From Antechinus flavipes (lineage: Eukaryota), in assembly GCF_016432865.1 (NCBI RefSeq), contig NC_067400.1, positions 29,202,001-29,266,000 on the forward strand: DNA of 64,000 bases, read 5' to 3'. Each line of letters starts with the position of its first letter. Positions within the stretch are counted from its first letter, which is position 1. The notes under the pieces were generated by a model. It searched no databases and was not told where the DNA came from. It worked only from the letters and a program-made list of their open reading frames with translations. Shown here in pieces: positions 50,450 to 62,249 of this stretch. A program made the translations under genes and the position numbers.

Positions 50450-51370
50450 TATGGTATATAATTGTTGCGACTCTAAACGGGTCTATTTAAATAAGATGGT
50501 AGCAAAAAAAAGGGAAATGAATGAAAGGATAGATATTGATATAAACTGTAACTTTTCTCAGGGAATTTGACCAATTTAATCACCATGCCAATACCAAAAC
50601 AATAGCAACTGCCTTTTCCCTGTTCTCTTTGCCAAGTACAACACCAGTTTAAAATATAAACTCATTTTAATACATTATGGTAGAATATCATCTCATAACA
50701 CATGAGAAACATGATAACATCTTTAAAGAAAGTTTGACAAGAATCCCAACCAAGTGAAATCATCCCAGGGGCATTCAAGGAATGAAGGAGGAAGACAAAC
50801 AGATGAAAAATAGAAAGGGATTGTCAAGATTTCTATAGTTCTTTTCTCCATCCATGACAATGGAGTCATCCGTCACATTTGGAGTCCAAAATCACAGTTT
50901 CTGATGTATTGCATTGCAAGTAGAAAAGGTGAAAAGAGTAACTTGACTAGCCCAAGTATACACACAAAGAAATTCTATGCTGGAGACAAGACAATTTTAA
51001 GAGATCAATTCTGAAAGTATCTGAATAAGGAGAGGGTACCAGGTAGCAGATAACATTACTAGAACAACAACAAAAAGAGACAATAAGTACCAACACATGA
51101 CTCTGCTCTCCCTACTCTCCCATGCTTACAAAATCTTTATGGCAATAATCTGCAAGTGCACTGAGGGCATCTTTGATGAGGGTACGAAAAGGAGCCAAGC
51201 AGGCTTTAACAAATGATTTCCTATAACAACCACATCTCTATAGTCGAACAATTGACTAAAAGATGGAGAAAATACAAGATCCCACTGTGCTCCCTGTTTG
51301 ATGATTCTAGAAAAGCATTTGCTTTGGGAGACCAAAATGCTGCTTTAAAGGCTTTCCTCCAACAAGGCAA
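50450..51370 (+). mobile_element. RTE LINE fragment (linker plus N-terminal RT)
   Basis: Reads YKIFMAIICKCTEGIFDEGTKRSQAGF..EQLTKRWRKYKIPLCSLFDDSRKAFALGDQNAALKAFLQQG (RTE: YKIFMRII..EQAGFR..EYKIPLCLLFVDYKKAFDSVEQNA.LKALLQQG). Upstream IIPGAFK.. and ..YTEE.YAGDKTIL pieces are collinear. Confidence 0.88.
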
Positions 51371-52011
51371 ACAAGGTAAGCAGGGGAAAAGAAATAAAAT
51401 TGCATACATTATACCAGTGAGGGGAGAATGACATAGAAGGTGGTATGGCAACAAACTTCTGCGGAGCAATAACAGAAGGAAAACAACATGGAAATGAACA
51501 GAGTAATGAGGATGAGAGATCTAGAGATGAAAGGAGGCTTTAAAAGCCACTGCGTTGGATCTCTTGATTTTACATCTGAGGAAACCAAGGCTTGAGGAAG
51601 GTAAGTGAATCACTAGGTATCCCATATCTAGTAAGTGAATGAAACAGTATATGAATTCAAATATTTCTGTCTGTCTCTCCAAGCTCAGTGCTCTCCTCAC
51701 TCTGCCACCTGAATAAAGATTCTAATCAGAAAGAGAGTTTGGTGTGTGCATAAAACCCCAAATCTTGAGAGACATTGAAAAATTCCCTCTCCATTTCTTT
51801 ACAAAATGCTGACCCATAAATATGTAATCCCATGGCGATATAGACCCTGGACCCTGCTCAAAGTGCATAAAAGCCCTCAGAAAATATCGTGAATTTATGA
51901 AAGCTAATGCCTACTATTCAAACTAAGGAGGATAAGCAAGCTACTACTCAGGTAAGATCTATACTATCTTCCTTTTTTTGAAAGCTAATCTTATTGAACA
52001 TCTGATTATTG

Positions 52012-52137
52012 ACAACCTTAGGGAGAGGGGAGGTGAGGGAAGGAGTGAGAAAATCTGGAACTTCAAAAATTTTGAAAAATGTTAAAATTTGTCTTTACAT
52101 GTAACTGGAAAAAATAAAATACTATTTTATTAAAAGA
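52012..52137 (+). mobile_element. Short L1 3' tail
   Basis: gggagaggggaggtgagggaaggagtgagaaaatctggaacttcaaaaatttt..tttacatgtaactggaaaaaataaaatac. Confidence 0.75.
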
Positions 52138-52222
52138 AACTTAGCAAAGCCCTTGAAATAAGTATTTGCCTTACAAATCCTCAACCGACAAACAAATCCT
52201 ATATCCTATAATATCCTAGGAT

Positions 52223-52543
52223 CGCACCCCTATAGTCCAAAAAGGCCTACACTATGGTATAATCCTTTTCATCACGTCAGAAGTCTTCTTTTTCATAGGC
52301 TTCTTCTGAGCTTTTTACCACTCAAGTCTTTCTCCTGCCTTGGAGTTAGGAGACTGCTGACCTCCCGTAGGGATTCACCCACTTAACCCTTTAGAAGTAC
52401 CACTACTAAACATGGCCATCCTACTCGCCTCAGGTGTTTCTATCACATGAGCCCACCACAGTCCTATAGAAGGGAACCACAAACACATGTTTCGAGTCCT
52501 ATCCATCACCATTGCCTTGGGCCTATATTTCACAATCCTTCAA
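52223..52543 (+). pseudogene. MT-CO3: NUMT: nuclear copy of mitochondrial cytochrome c oxidase subunit III (internal 107 codons)
   Basis: In the vertebrate mitochondrial code: [107 protein letters not shown]. Three in-frame TGA codons fall at conserved COX3 Trp positions, and there are no indels. Confidence 0.97.
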
Positions 52544-52669
52544 AAATTTTAGTGAAGTTTCAACATGTGTGTGTGTGGGTGTATGTATCTTCCCTAAATG
52601 TCTACTCTCCCAGAAATGCCTCCCCTTTCTCCCTGCCTCTGCTGCTATTGAAACTTATTGGATTCTAGA

Positions 52670-52815
52670 TGTCTAGCAATTTGATACAGCCAGAATTTCC
52701 CTGCACAGAATAATCTTTTTAAATCAATAAAATAAAATACATAGAATTATAAAGGAAACCAAGTTTATTGGAATATTGCTTTTTAAAATAAGTTTCTGGA
52801 CACCAGACAAAGAAC
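52670..52815. mobile_element. hAT-Charlie-type MITE fragment (related copies at about 35620-35740 and 53750-53960)
   Basis: cagaataatctttttaaatcaataaaataaaatacatagaattataaaggaaaccaa..aagtttctggacaccag matches a common marsupial Charlie-like element as I recall it. Confidence 0.55.
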
Positions 52816-54679
52816 TTTGACTTCAGAAATGGAGAAAGGGGAACAGCTGACCCCAGAAGCATTCCCAGGCAAGGTCAGGTTCATTATCTGGGGTTTGCCC
52901 CTCAACACAAAAATATTTTTTCTCATATTCCCTGAATGCTTCTCCTTCACTTTGTCATCATATTTGAAATTCTACCATTTATGTTGATCAGTGTCTTCTT
53001 ATAAAAATGAAAAAAAAAACTGATAGATGGATAAAAATCTGTCTCGTTATTTAAAATAGATTTAAATCTATCTAAAACTAATAGCAGAATCAAAAAGGAT
53101 GAATTCATTTAATCAGCTTGCTTGACATTCAACTAAGGTAATCAACCCGGTAGGACTGGTGATAGGAATGATTATGAGCCTTCATAAATAAAGTGGTAGA
53201 ATTCAAGGCTATGAAACAAAATTAGATGGTTTTTGTTTCATAATATAACTTTTTGAAAGGGAGGAGAACACATAAGCAGGTTCAATACCACTTCAATTCA
53301 ACAAATATTTATCATCATAAGGAGACAAGTTTTAAGGTCAGTTTCCTTGAGCTTTTCTTCTTCTGATTCAAAATCACTAATTCTCTGAAAGCAATTCATG
53401 TCCCCCTCAACCCATTACCACCTTTATAGCATTCATGAAGATTAGTTGGGGTACCTCAAAGAGGTGAAATGCAGGTCAAGCAAGTGTATGAGAAGTCAAC
53501 TTGTGAGCACATTGTCTCTGAGCCAGAGTAGACCAGTTTTAAAGATAATACAGAAGCTGAGTGACCACAGTCTCCTTCTTGACTTAGCATAGAATGATCA
53601 TAGTGTTCAATCAAGGTCTTCTCTTCTTGGACCAGCCTCACTGGGTACCAAGAGAACGGTGGCAACTCAGGCTGGAGTAGGAACTCTCGTAGTTTTTCAC
53701 TAAGCTGCTCTCAAAATCAGTCATGGAGTGTTAGAGCTGAAAGAGACCTTGGGGACCCTCTTGTGAGGGACTTCATTTATATTTGTTTTTGTGCTATAGA
53801 ACCCAGTGGCAGTTTGGGAAGCCCAGTGGTGAAGCCTCAGAATCAGAACAGAGAATTTAAATGATTGAAAGAAATGCTGAATTTCAATTAGAGATTAGTG
53901 AAAATCAACAAGCAATGATTATTTTCCTCATTCAGATTCACAACCCCTCCCTGAAATCTATCCATAAGCCCAATAGGGTAAAAAAAATCTCATGTTAAAA
54001 AAAAAAGCAAGCCTTGTCTATTCCTCCCTCCCTCATTTTATAGATAAGGGAACTGAGGCTAAGTGATGAAATTTCTTGCTGAAGGTCATAGATCTACGTA
54101 ATGATAAAGCCAGACCCTGATGTCATACCTGCTGAATTCAGTGGTCTTTCCATTATAACAGAAATGATCCATATTCCCAGGACCTAATGGAAATCAGTGC
54201 GGGTTTTACACAAGCCAGACAATGAGATCTTATTTCTTAAAGATAAGAATTCTCCATTTGTGGTACACATCAAATTCAATCAAGCATTTATTGTATGTAA
54301 TACTTGAGATAGATTGTACAAAGGCATAGCAAAGCTGTACATAGTGTTGGGATCACAAATAAAAAAATGAAACAGTGCCCACTTAGTAGAGTACTTGGCA
54401 CACAGTAGGGACTTAATAAGGCTCATCAACTCCACTCAAGTAACTTACAATTTTTCCTCTGGGTAGATGTTTGTGTTCTCTTAAAGAAAATATTGCTGGT
54501 CATGTATGAAGATATAAATGAGTGTGTTTGATGCTCTCTCTGAATTGGATTGAAACATTTTGCTGAATGGGTTTTGAATTTTTTTAATTTTGCTGGAAAT
54601 TTCACTTTCCCAAACCTTTCTGAGAGAGCTAGGCCCCTCAATTCAAAGACAAGTTTTCTTCACATATCCCTTAATGATT

Positions 54680-54965
54680 GTCATGTGGCGCAGGGTTTGT
54701 ACTTGCTATCATGGCCAAAGAAGGAAGGATTAAGAACAATAAGGTGATATTGCAAAGCGGTACATTTAGATTTAATGTAAAAAGAAACTTCCAACAATTT
54801 ACCCTACCCAGGAGTAGAGCAGGCTGCTTTGGAAGGGACTGGGCTCCCCTTCACAAGAAGTCTTCAAGAAAAGGTTGAATGATCATTAGTTAGAGGAGTC
54901 ATGGGGGATTCTTGTTTTTGTATGGATCGTACCAGATGGTTACTGAGATCCCTTCCAACTTGTCA
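54680..54965 (+). mobile_element. CR1/L3 3' end
   Basis: acatttagatttaatgtaaaaagaaacttccaacaatt..gagcaggctgctttggaagggactgggctccccttcacaagaagtcttcaagaaaaggttgaatgatcatt..gagatcccttccaact. Confidence 0.75.
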
Positions 54966-55975
54966 ACAGTGATGTTTGTAATTTTCTTCTTAACATTTTG
55001 TGGGGGGAACTGTTCCCAGAAACAGTCACACATTGCTTCAAAATGAGAAATGGAAGCCATGAAAATTGTTTCTACTTCTTTTCCTAATTAACAAGTTTAG
55101 AAGAACGAGTCAAAAAAGTCATCTGATATTTACTTTATTTGCCCATGTTTTTGGATTGAAAAGTTTCAAATCTACATTTTCCAAAATAATCATTACCACT
55201 TTCAGGGGGCTGCTAAAGCAAACAAGCATCAACAAGAGTGTCCCTAATGGCATAACTGAATAAGTCAGATTGCCTTGTGTTATCAGACAATGAAAAATTG
55301 TTTGATTAAGTCTTAGGCTGAGGAATACCCAAGAGGCTTTGGAGAATCCTAACGTTTCAATCTCAAATTTAAAGGCTTTTTTATTCTCCTATGATTTCTT
55401 AGTCTCAAACATTAGTACTTGTACTGAGATATTGCATTCAACACAGTTCATATTTACTAAGACTTTATTCTGCTCTAGGTACTATATACTAAGTGCCAGG
55501 GACACAAAAAGGGGGAAAAAAACTTCAGAAACTTGACCTCATGGAGTTTATATTCTACTGATATACAGGTAAGTGTAGCATCTCCCAAAAGTCTTCATGT
55601 AGTTTTAAGTTATTAAGATTGAAACTCTCTATATGAGGTATATGAAAATTTCTTTTAAAGAAAGAGAAAATTAATAATGCTTTTTATAGGTTAATAGGAC
55701 CTTTTTTTATAGCATAAAGGGACCTCAAAAATAATCTAGTTCAACCCCATTGATCTTCCAGATAAAGTAACTGAGGCAAAAAGAACTTGAGCCCAGTTCT
55801 TTAAATTCAACCCTCTCTTAGCTGCAGCTTTAAGGATTCATCAGATCATAAGATCAGAGATGAACACAGCCTCAGAAGTAATCTAGTATATTGCTCTTTT
55901 ACTCAGATAAGGGAATAGAGACTCAATGTCACAGACTCTAAGCAAAAGAGCACAATATATAAAGATTCAATGCTA

Positions 55976-56097
55976 GGGGCAGCTAGATGGTGCAGTGGAT
56001 AGAGCACTGGCCCTGGCCTCCAATACTAAACACTCACCTGCATGACTAGGCAAGTCACTTAACTCCATTGTCTTGCCTCCCCCCCCCCAAAAAAAAA
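55976..56097 (+). mobile_element. Internally deleted WSINE1 with target-site duplication
   Basis: ggggcagctagatggtgcagtggatagagcactggccctgg..ggcaagtcacttaactccattg..C-run then A-tail. TSD aaagattcaatgcta (55961-55975) / aaagattcaacccta (56098-56112). Confidence 0.88.
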
Positions 56098-56179
56098 AAA
56101 GATTCAACCCTAGTTGCACTAAGTTAAAGCCACTTGGGGATTGTAGGGGTGCAAGTCCTTATTGAAACAAGTAAATTCC

Positions 56180-56564
56180 TTCTGATGGAAGTGGATTTCT
56201 TTGACAAAGAGACATAACTGAGTTTCAATTGATAAATGACGGACAGAAGCAGCGACACCCAAAGTAAGAACACTGGGAAACGAATGTAAACTATCTGCAT
56301 TTTTGTTTTTCTTCCCGGGTTATTTTTACCTTCTGAATCCAATTCTCCCTGTGCAACAAGAGAACTGTTCGGTTCTGCAAACATATATAGGATATACTGC
56401 AACATATCTAACATATATAGGACTGCTTGCCATCTAGGGGAGGGGGTGGAGGGAAGGAGGGGAAAAATTGGAACAGAAACGAGTGCAAGGGATAATGTTG
56501 TAAAAAAATTACCCTGGCATGGAGTCTATCAATATAAAGTTATTATTAAATAATTTTTAAAAAA
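56180..56564 (+). mobile_element. Young 5'-truncated L1 3' end with a perfect 16-bp target-site duplication
   Basis: gcaacaagagaactgttcggttctgcaaacatat..ggactgcttgccatctaggggagggggtggagggaaggaggggaaaaattggaacagaa..gcaagggataatgttg. TSD gaaacaagtaaattcc at 56164-56179 and 56565-56580. Confidence 0.95.
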
Positions 56565-57284
56565 GAAACAAGTAAATTCCACTGGCTTATTGCTCTATTT
56601 TCTGACAAACTAACAATGCTTGTAGGGCTTCTTACTGATACAGTTTCATAAGATTTATCATCAATATTATCTTATGGGTTTTACTGAAGGGTTCATTGCC
56701 AATGCAGTTCAATTGATAGCTCAGAGGCATCCAATGCCATCGTTTTACTAACTAAGAAACTGAATCCCAGGTGATTCAATTACAGTGAATGGCATAGCAG
56801 GGACTTGAACTCAGGACCCATTACACTAAGTTCAAGACTCTAGATTCAGCCCTTTTTCTGCTGTTTCACTCTAAGAAGAAACTGTGAAAACATAACTGCA
56901 CAGTGAATCCTTCCAAATAAATGAGTATAAGGCAATGAAGGGCATGTATTTCAGCATCCCTTTTATTGACGTCCATCAATGAAAAGATAGTGGACTTTGC
57001 AAAGGATGAGTCACTAGGAGTACAGAGAGAGTGGAATGGGGGCAGGGGAGAATCAGTCAGCAAAGTCAGTAACATGCAAGGGGAAGCCTAATTCATTTTT
57101 AAAATATGACCTACTTTCTACCACCCAGGATTCATATAGACAACCGAAACTTTAAGAAGCTTTATTCGGCAAGGTTTGTTCGTTAAAATCACTCTCTTCG
57201 CTTTACGGCTTTCAATTCTGAGGTATAAGAAAACAGATTTCCCACTGTGGGCATCTTGTGAAAGGCCCCTAGACTTAATCTCAC

Positions 57285-57308
57285 CTGGTGACTAAAAGCA
57301 ACTAAAAT
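57285..57308 (-). other. Candidate 24-nt microexon or recursive splice site in a unique island (57100-57400)
   Basis: Minus strand: caacctttgacttttgtatag|ATTTTAGTTGCTTTTAGTCACCAG|gtgaga. Confidence 0.25.
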
Positions 57309-59269
57309 CTATACAAAAGTCAAAGGTTGTTGCAGTCGGAAAAAGACTGAATAAAGGACACCATCATTCTACTTCCTAATATGGCTTTTCTGGGAAAGGG
57401 TACTTTGCCCTAAATAGGATAGGATAGAATAAAAAGAGCCATGTTTCTAGAATTCAAAATCCTGGTTTCAAATACCACCTTTTTCATTTATTTTTTATGT
57501 GGGCTTGTACCCATCATTTAATCACTCAAGGCCTCAGTTTCCCCATTTTTATAAAATGGATCGAATTATCCCTAAGATTCCTTCCAGAGCTTAAAAAAAT
57601 TCTGTGGGACAGAATTCTGTAGGTAAATAAAAGCAAAAGTGTTAGATGTATCATCAAAAACACCTGGGTTCCAATCTCAGCTTTAACTCTTTCTTGTGTA
57701 TGACCACAGACTCTCTGAGCCATAGCATCCTTATTTATTTAAAAAAAAATGATGACAAAAAAACCTGCAGCTTTATAGGTAACTGGCACAGAATTGGTGG
57801 GAGGCTCTAATCTGTAAAACATTTTGCAAACTTAAGAGTAATGTCAGTCAATAATTTGTCATCATCATCAAGCACATAGTAGGTACTCAATAATTGATGG
57901 ACTGATACTTGTTAAAGATCTATAAAATTAAAATATGTCTTCTCTGCTTAAGATCACCTGCTGTCAGTCTCTCTGCATTAAAGTGCCCTGGTGGTTTTGT
58001 CTAGACACAGTACTGTGTAAATCCTGGGTATGCTTCCAGACCATTGCAGACACAAAGGAATATTTAACAACTAGTTCCATTTAGCTTTCAGACACTCCAG
58101 ATATCTCTCAATCCTGAATTAGTTAAGGGTTACTGGATCTTAGACTATAAAACAAGGGAAGGAAAACATTCTTAGACGCCCTTTTGGGGGGGGAGGGAGA
58201 AGTAGGGTAGATCCTGGTAAATTGGTCTTCCTAATTCTTTCAGAGATTAGAAGGTTCCTTTGTTCATATAATCTACCTGATAGAGAGGAGGGAGGGCCAC
58301 TTTTCCCACAGAGCAGAGCCAACTAAGATTAATGAAAGCCAGTGATACTACCTCTTAATTTTCTCTTTCTTCCTCTTATCTGGCTAGACTTCTCTAGATA
58401 GAACATATAGATTTTCCTTTAACAAACAATATATATTCAGAGAGGAGATGCATTCTGAGAACCCAGCTAGCTACAAAAGTTTGTGACATATAGTTTGATG
58501 TTATAGGGATTCCATTTATTCACACCAAAGGCCAGTCTTGTGCCCTAGTTACCATCATGAAACAAAGTTGTATGAATCCACAAGGGCTGTTTACTCATGC
58601 CCTATAATTCAACACTTATGGTTAAATGAGGACCCCCAAGGAGCTCTCACACAGGGGGAGGGAAGAACATTTTGGGGGATGGCACAAGTTTGAGATCTAA
58701 ATTTGAATCCTGACTCAAACTGAAAAAGTCAGTTTAACAGTCTTAGCTCCCTTATCTATAAAATGGGAATAATACAACACCTGCTTTACAGGGTTGTTGT
58801 GAGGATTAAATGAGATAACGTCTAGATAGCACTTTGTACTATGATGTGTGTATCTATTAAAAATATCATTTTTAACTTTTTAAGAAATAACATTATGCCT
58901 GAGTAACTGGAGGCAATGGTTTGGCCTGATTCTAGTGTAATTTATTTATCTTCTATTTGTTATCAGGGGATTATCTATGTCACTATTTTTCAAATTTGGG
59001 GCTTCTGATTCCAAATCCAGCACCCATTTCACTGGACAGTACTACCATTCTTGAAATGGAGGAATGAAGTAATGTTTGTGAGTTTCAAAAATGTGCCATT
59101 TTGCTTTTGTTTTAGCCTCAAACGGGACCTCAGCCGTATTCTTTCCCTAACCTTCACTTTACAGATGAGGAAATGGAGGGATAGAATGCTTAGATGATGT
59201 GCACTAAATGAAGAGCTAGATTTGAAACTTATTCCAAAGCAGTGTTCTTTCCATAAGGGATTTCAACCC

Positions 59270-59390
59270 TCACAGTAGGGAAGGTAGGGAGAAAGAAAGG
59301 GAGAGAGACAGAAAAAAAGAGACAGAGACAGACATAGAGAAAGACAGAGAAAGAGACACAGAGAAAAAGAGAGTAAGAGGCAGAGTGTGT

Positions 59391-59439
<49 letters not shown>
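59270..59439 (+). repeat. GA-rich tract followed by (CA)n
   Basis: agagagacagaaaaaaagagacagagacagac.. then a long (AC)n run. Confidence 0.93.
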
Positions 59440-59442
<3 letters not shown>

Positions 59443-60149
59443 TGAAAGCAGAGTCTGCTAATTCCCCAGTGCTCAGGGTCTAAGCAGGGATCTGACTCCA
59501 TCTGGCCTCTGAAGAACACACTACCCCCCTATCTTGTGGTTCATTATCACCTCCCAGAAAGGGATGGAGCTGAGTAATTCTGCTCTTTGTGGGGCTCCCA
59601 AAGTGGAGCTTAGGGAGCAAACTCCGGGCAGGCTTTCTATCTGCACCGAGTCCCAGTTGCCAGACTGGCTTTCCAAAGAACTGCATGAGCTGCCCAGTTT
59701 TCCAGGTCCTCTGCTGCCAGCCAAGCAGCACCTCCTGCAGCAGAGAGATGTCAGAGAGGAACAGATGTACCATCTTTAAAGATGAGGGAAGTTCTCATGA
59801 ATGAAACGGTGACAAGGGAGGAGAGGGCTGTGGAAGAGAACAGAAGGAGATGAACTGCATTTTCTGAAGGCCTGGAGATTGTTACTTTTTCCCCCTTATA
59901 TGCCCCTGGGGAAGAAGCCTTGGAGTATCTGAGGAGAAATGGCGGTCCAGATCCATCTCCTTCTGAAAGGTGGCAATGGGAAGCACATGGGGTTTGGAGC
60001 ACACACTCGCGTTTCCCAAGCTGTGTGACCTTGGGCATCCTTCCCATTTCTGGTTCTGGTCTCACCTTTAAAATGAAAGCCTTATCCTAGCTAATGTCAA
60101 AGTTCCTTTCTGATTCTAAGGCCCTGCTTACTTCCACAACAACTACTAG

Positions 60150-60700
60150 GGAACTGTGACGAGATTCTCCTGGAACTGGCCCAGCTTCCAGAAGAAAGGT
60201 CATTTCAGGACACAGCTCAGTTCCACAATTTCCCTTTAAGCGAAGAAGCACCGAAGGGGTGGCGGGCACTCCGCAAACCACCCCACGTAAAGTCAAGTCG
60301 AGTGGATGCAAAAACAATCATCCAGGGATCTAACCTGAGTCACTACAAATCACTGGTGCTCTGTCACTGTGACATCAGGCATGGAAGTTCCCCATGTGAT
60401 TAATGATTGGCTACCGGAGTCCTCAGGCTTTCATCATTCCACAACGGGCCGCGTCCTGCTCTGACCCCAAAAGGAGAACACAGAGCATCCAAGTCACTTG
60501 ATAGCAGTTGTGCCATTGGCCAGGCTAAGTCACAGGGAGCCCCTGGTGGAGTGACCCTTCCCACTTTTCCTTTTGTTTATTTTTTTTGGGAATATTAATG
60601 CCCCTCATCCAGGCTGGGCCAGAGAAAGAAGGAAAAAACAGGCACCAGCAGCCCTGAGCAGGTGTTCATGTTTACTCACTCAAGTCTGGCGTCAGCAACT
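60150..60700. promoter_or_regulatory. Unique GC/CpG-richer island, candidate enhancer
   Basis: CpG cluster (aagcga, accga, ggcgg, tccgc, cacgt, gtcga, acgggccgcg) and AP-1 TGAGTCA at 60336-60342. Confidence 0.35.
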
Positions 60701-60899
60701 GTTTGTAGGGTCTATGGTAAATGGATGAGCTTAACACTTTCCTCCTTCCTGAAAGGAAGTGCCTGGAGACTTGATGAGCTACACAGCTTGAACCAAACCT
60801 AAAACCTTCATTCCTCTATCAGTTACACATCATTCATTCATTCAGAATACATTTAGAAGCATCAGTTGACAGAGATTGTACATGTACAATGCCATGAAT

Positions 60900-61760
60900 G
60901 GATTTAACAGAATTAATGACCAAAAGTTCCATCCAACAAGCATTGATTAAGCACCTACTAGGAGCAAAATGCTCGAAGAGACAAATAAGAACATTTGTTT
61001 TCCAGTCATTGGTAAAAAACAACCCATTCTATCCTTCTCTAGGAGTTTACCACTAAAAACTGAAAAGAACTTGATCTAATGGGTGAGTTTTGTTTTAATC
61101 ATGAAATTTACAAGTATTCCTTGAGAGAAATATGGAACTACCAGCCAGCTGATTAATAGATTCTTATTAAGGTGCTACTCTAAGTTCTAGAGATGCAAAG
61201 AAAGGCAAAAAAACAGTCCCTGCTTCCAAAGAGCTCACAACCCAATAGGAGAGACAATAAGGAAATAACTGTACAAAGATGTGTAAAAGATAAACTGGAG
61301 ATAATTAATAGATGGAGTTGTTATTGTTGTTCAGTTGCTTTCAGTCATTCCTGACTGAAACTTCTATTTGGGGTTTTCTTTTCAGAGATAGTGGATGCCA
61401 TTACCTTCTCCAGGTCATTTTATAGATGAGGAAACTGAGGCAAATAGAGTAAAGCGACTTGTTCAGGATCACATAGTTAGTGAGTGTCTGAGGCCAAATT
61501 TGAAATCACGAAGAGGAGTCTCCCTGAATCCAGGCTCTGTGTTCTATTCATTGCATCACCTAGCAGCCTTCCATAAATGGAAAGCACCACCATTAGTGGG
61601 AATCAGGGAAGGTTTACCATAGCTGGAACTTGAAGGAAGGTGGGGAAGACAGGAGGTAGAGAGGAAGAGAGAGAGCATTCCAAGCCTGGGGCCAGCCAGA
61701 GAGAATGCCAGGAGTGGGGAGAGGAAGTGTCTTGTGTGAGGAGCATCCAGGAAGATTCCT
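60900..61760 (-). mobile_element. L2 3' region with a nested MAR1 (61319-61570)
   Basis: caacaagcattgattaagcacctacta..aaaggcaaaaaaacagtccctgcttccaaagagctcacaa..ggagagacaa; L2 resumes at gaaagcaccaccattagtgggaatcagggaagg after the MAR1 (gttgttcagttg..atagatgaggaaactgaggcaaatagag). Confidence 0.75.
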
Positions 61761-62249
61761 AAAAGTCAGGTATGACCATAGCATCTTCTTATTCAATAAA
61801 CTCCAGGGTTTTCTCATCACATCCTGGATCAAACTTCTGTTTAATCTTCATGGTCTTTCACCATCTGACCCCCTTTTACCTTTCTAGTCCTCTGGCACTT
61901 ATTCTTCCCAGGACCCCAATCCCAACCATGGAGAGTGCAATCCAATGACTGACTTTTCTAACAAGACCCTCGTCTCTCAGCTCCAGGCACTCTTTCTGAC
62001 TTAATTCCATGCCTGGAAAATGGAGAATTAGACAGGACATTACTGATCATTTCACCAATTCCCCATCATTTTAATGATTGGGAAACTGAGGCCAGAGAGG
62101 TTAATCAGCCTCTCCAAAGTCATACAGGATGTATCAAAGATCAGATCTGAAGGCAGATCCCACCAGCCTTTTTTCCATTGTGTCTCCTTCCTTCTCATTT
62201 TATTTTCACGTAACAAATTTTCTTAACCAAAATTTTCTTTACCAAAGCT

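Noticed and set aside
56124-56414. 96-aa minus-strand ORF
   Set aside because: Antisense reading of the L1 3'UTR.
59480-60065. Cluster of six-frame ORFs (67-104 aa)
   Set aside because: No recognisable protein similarity; expected in a locally GC-richer, stop-poor segment.
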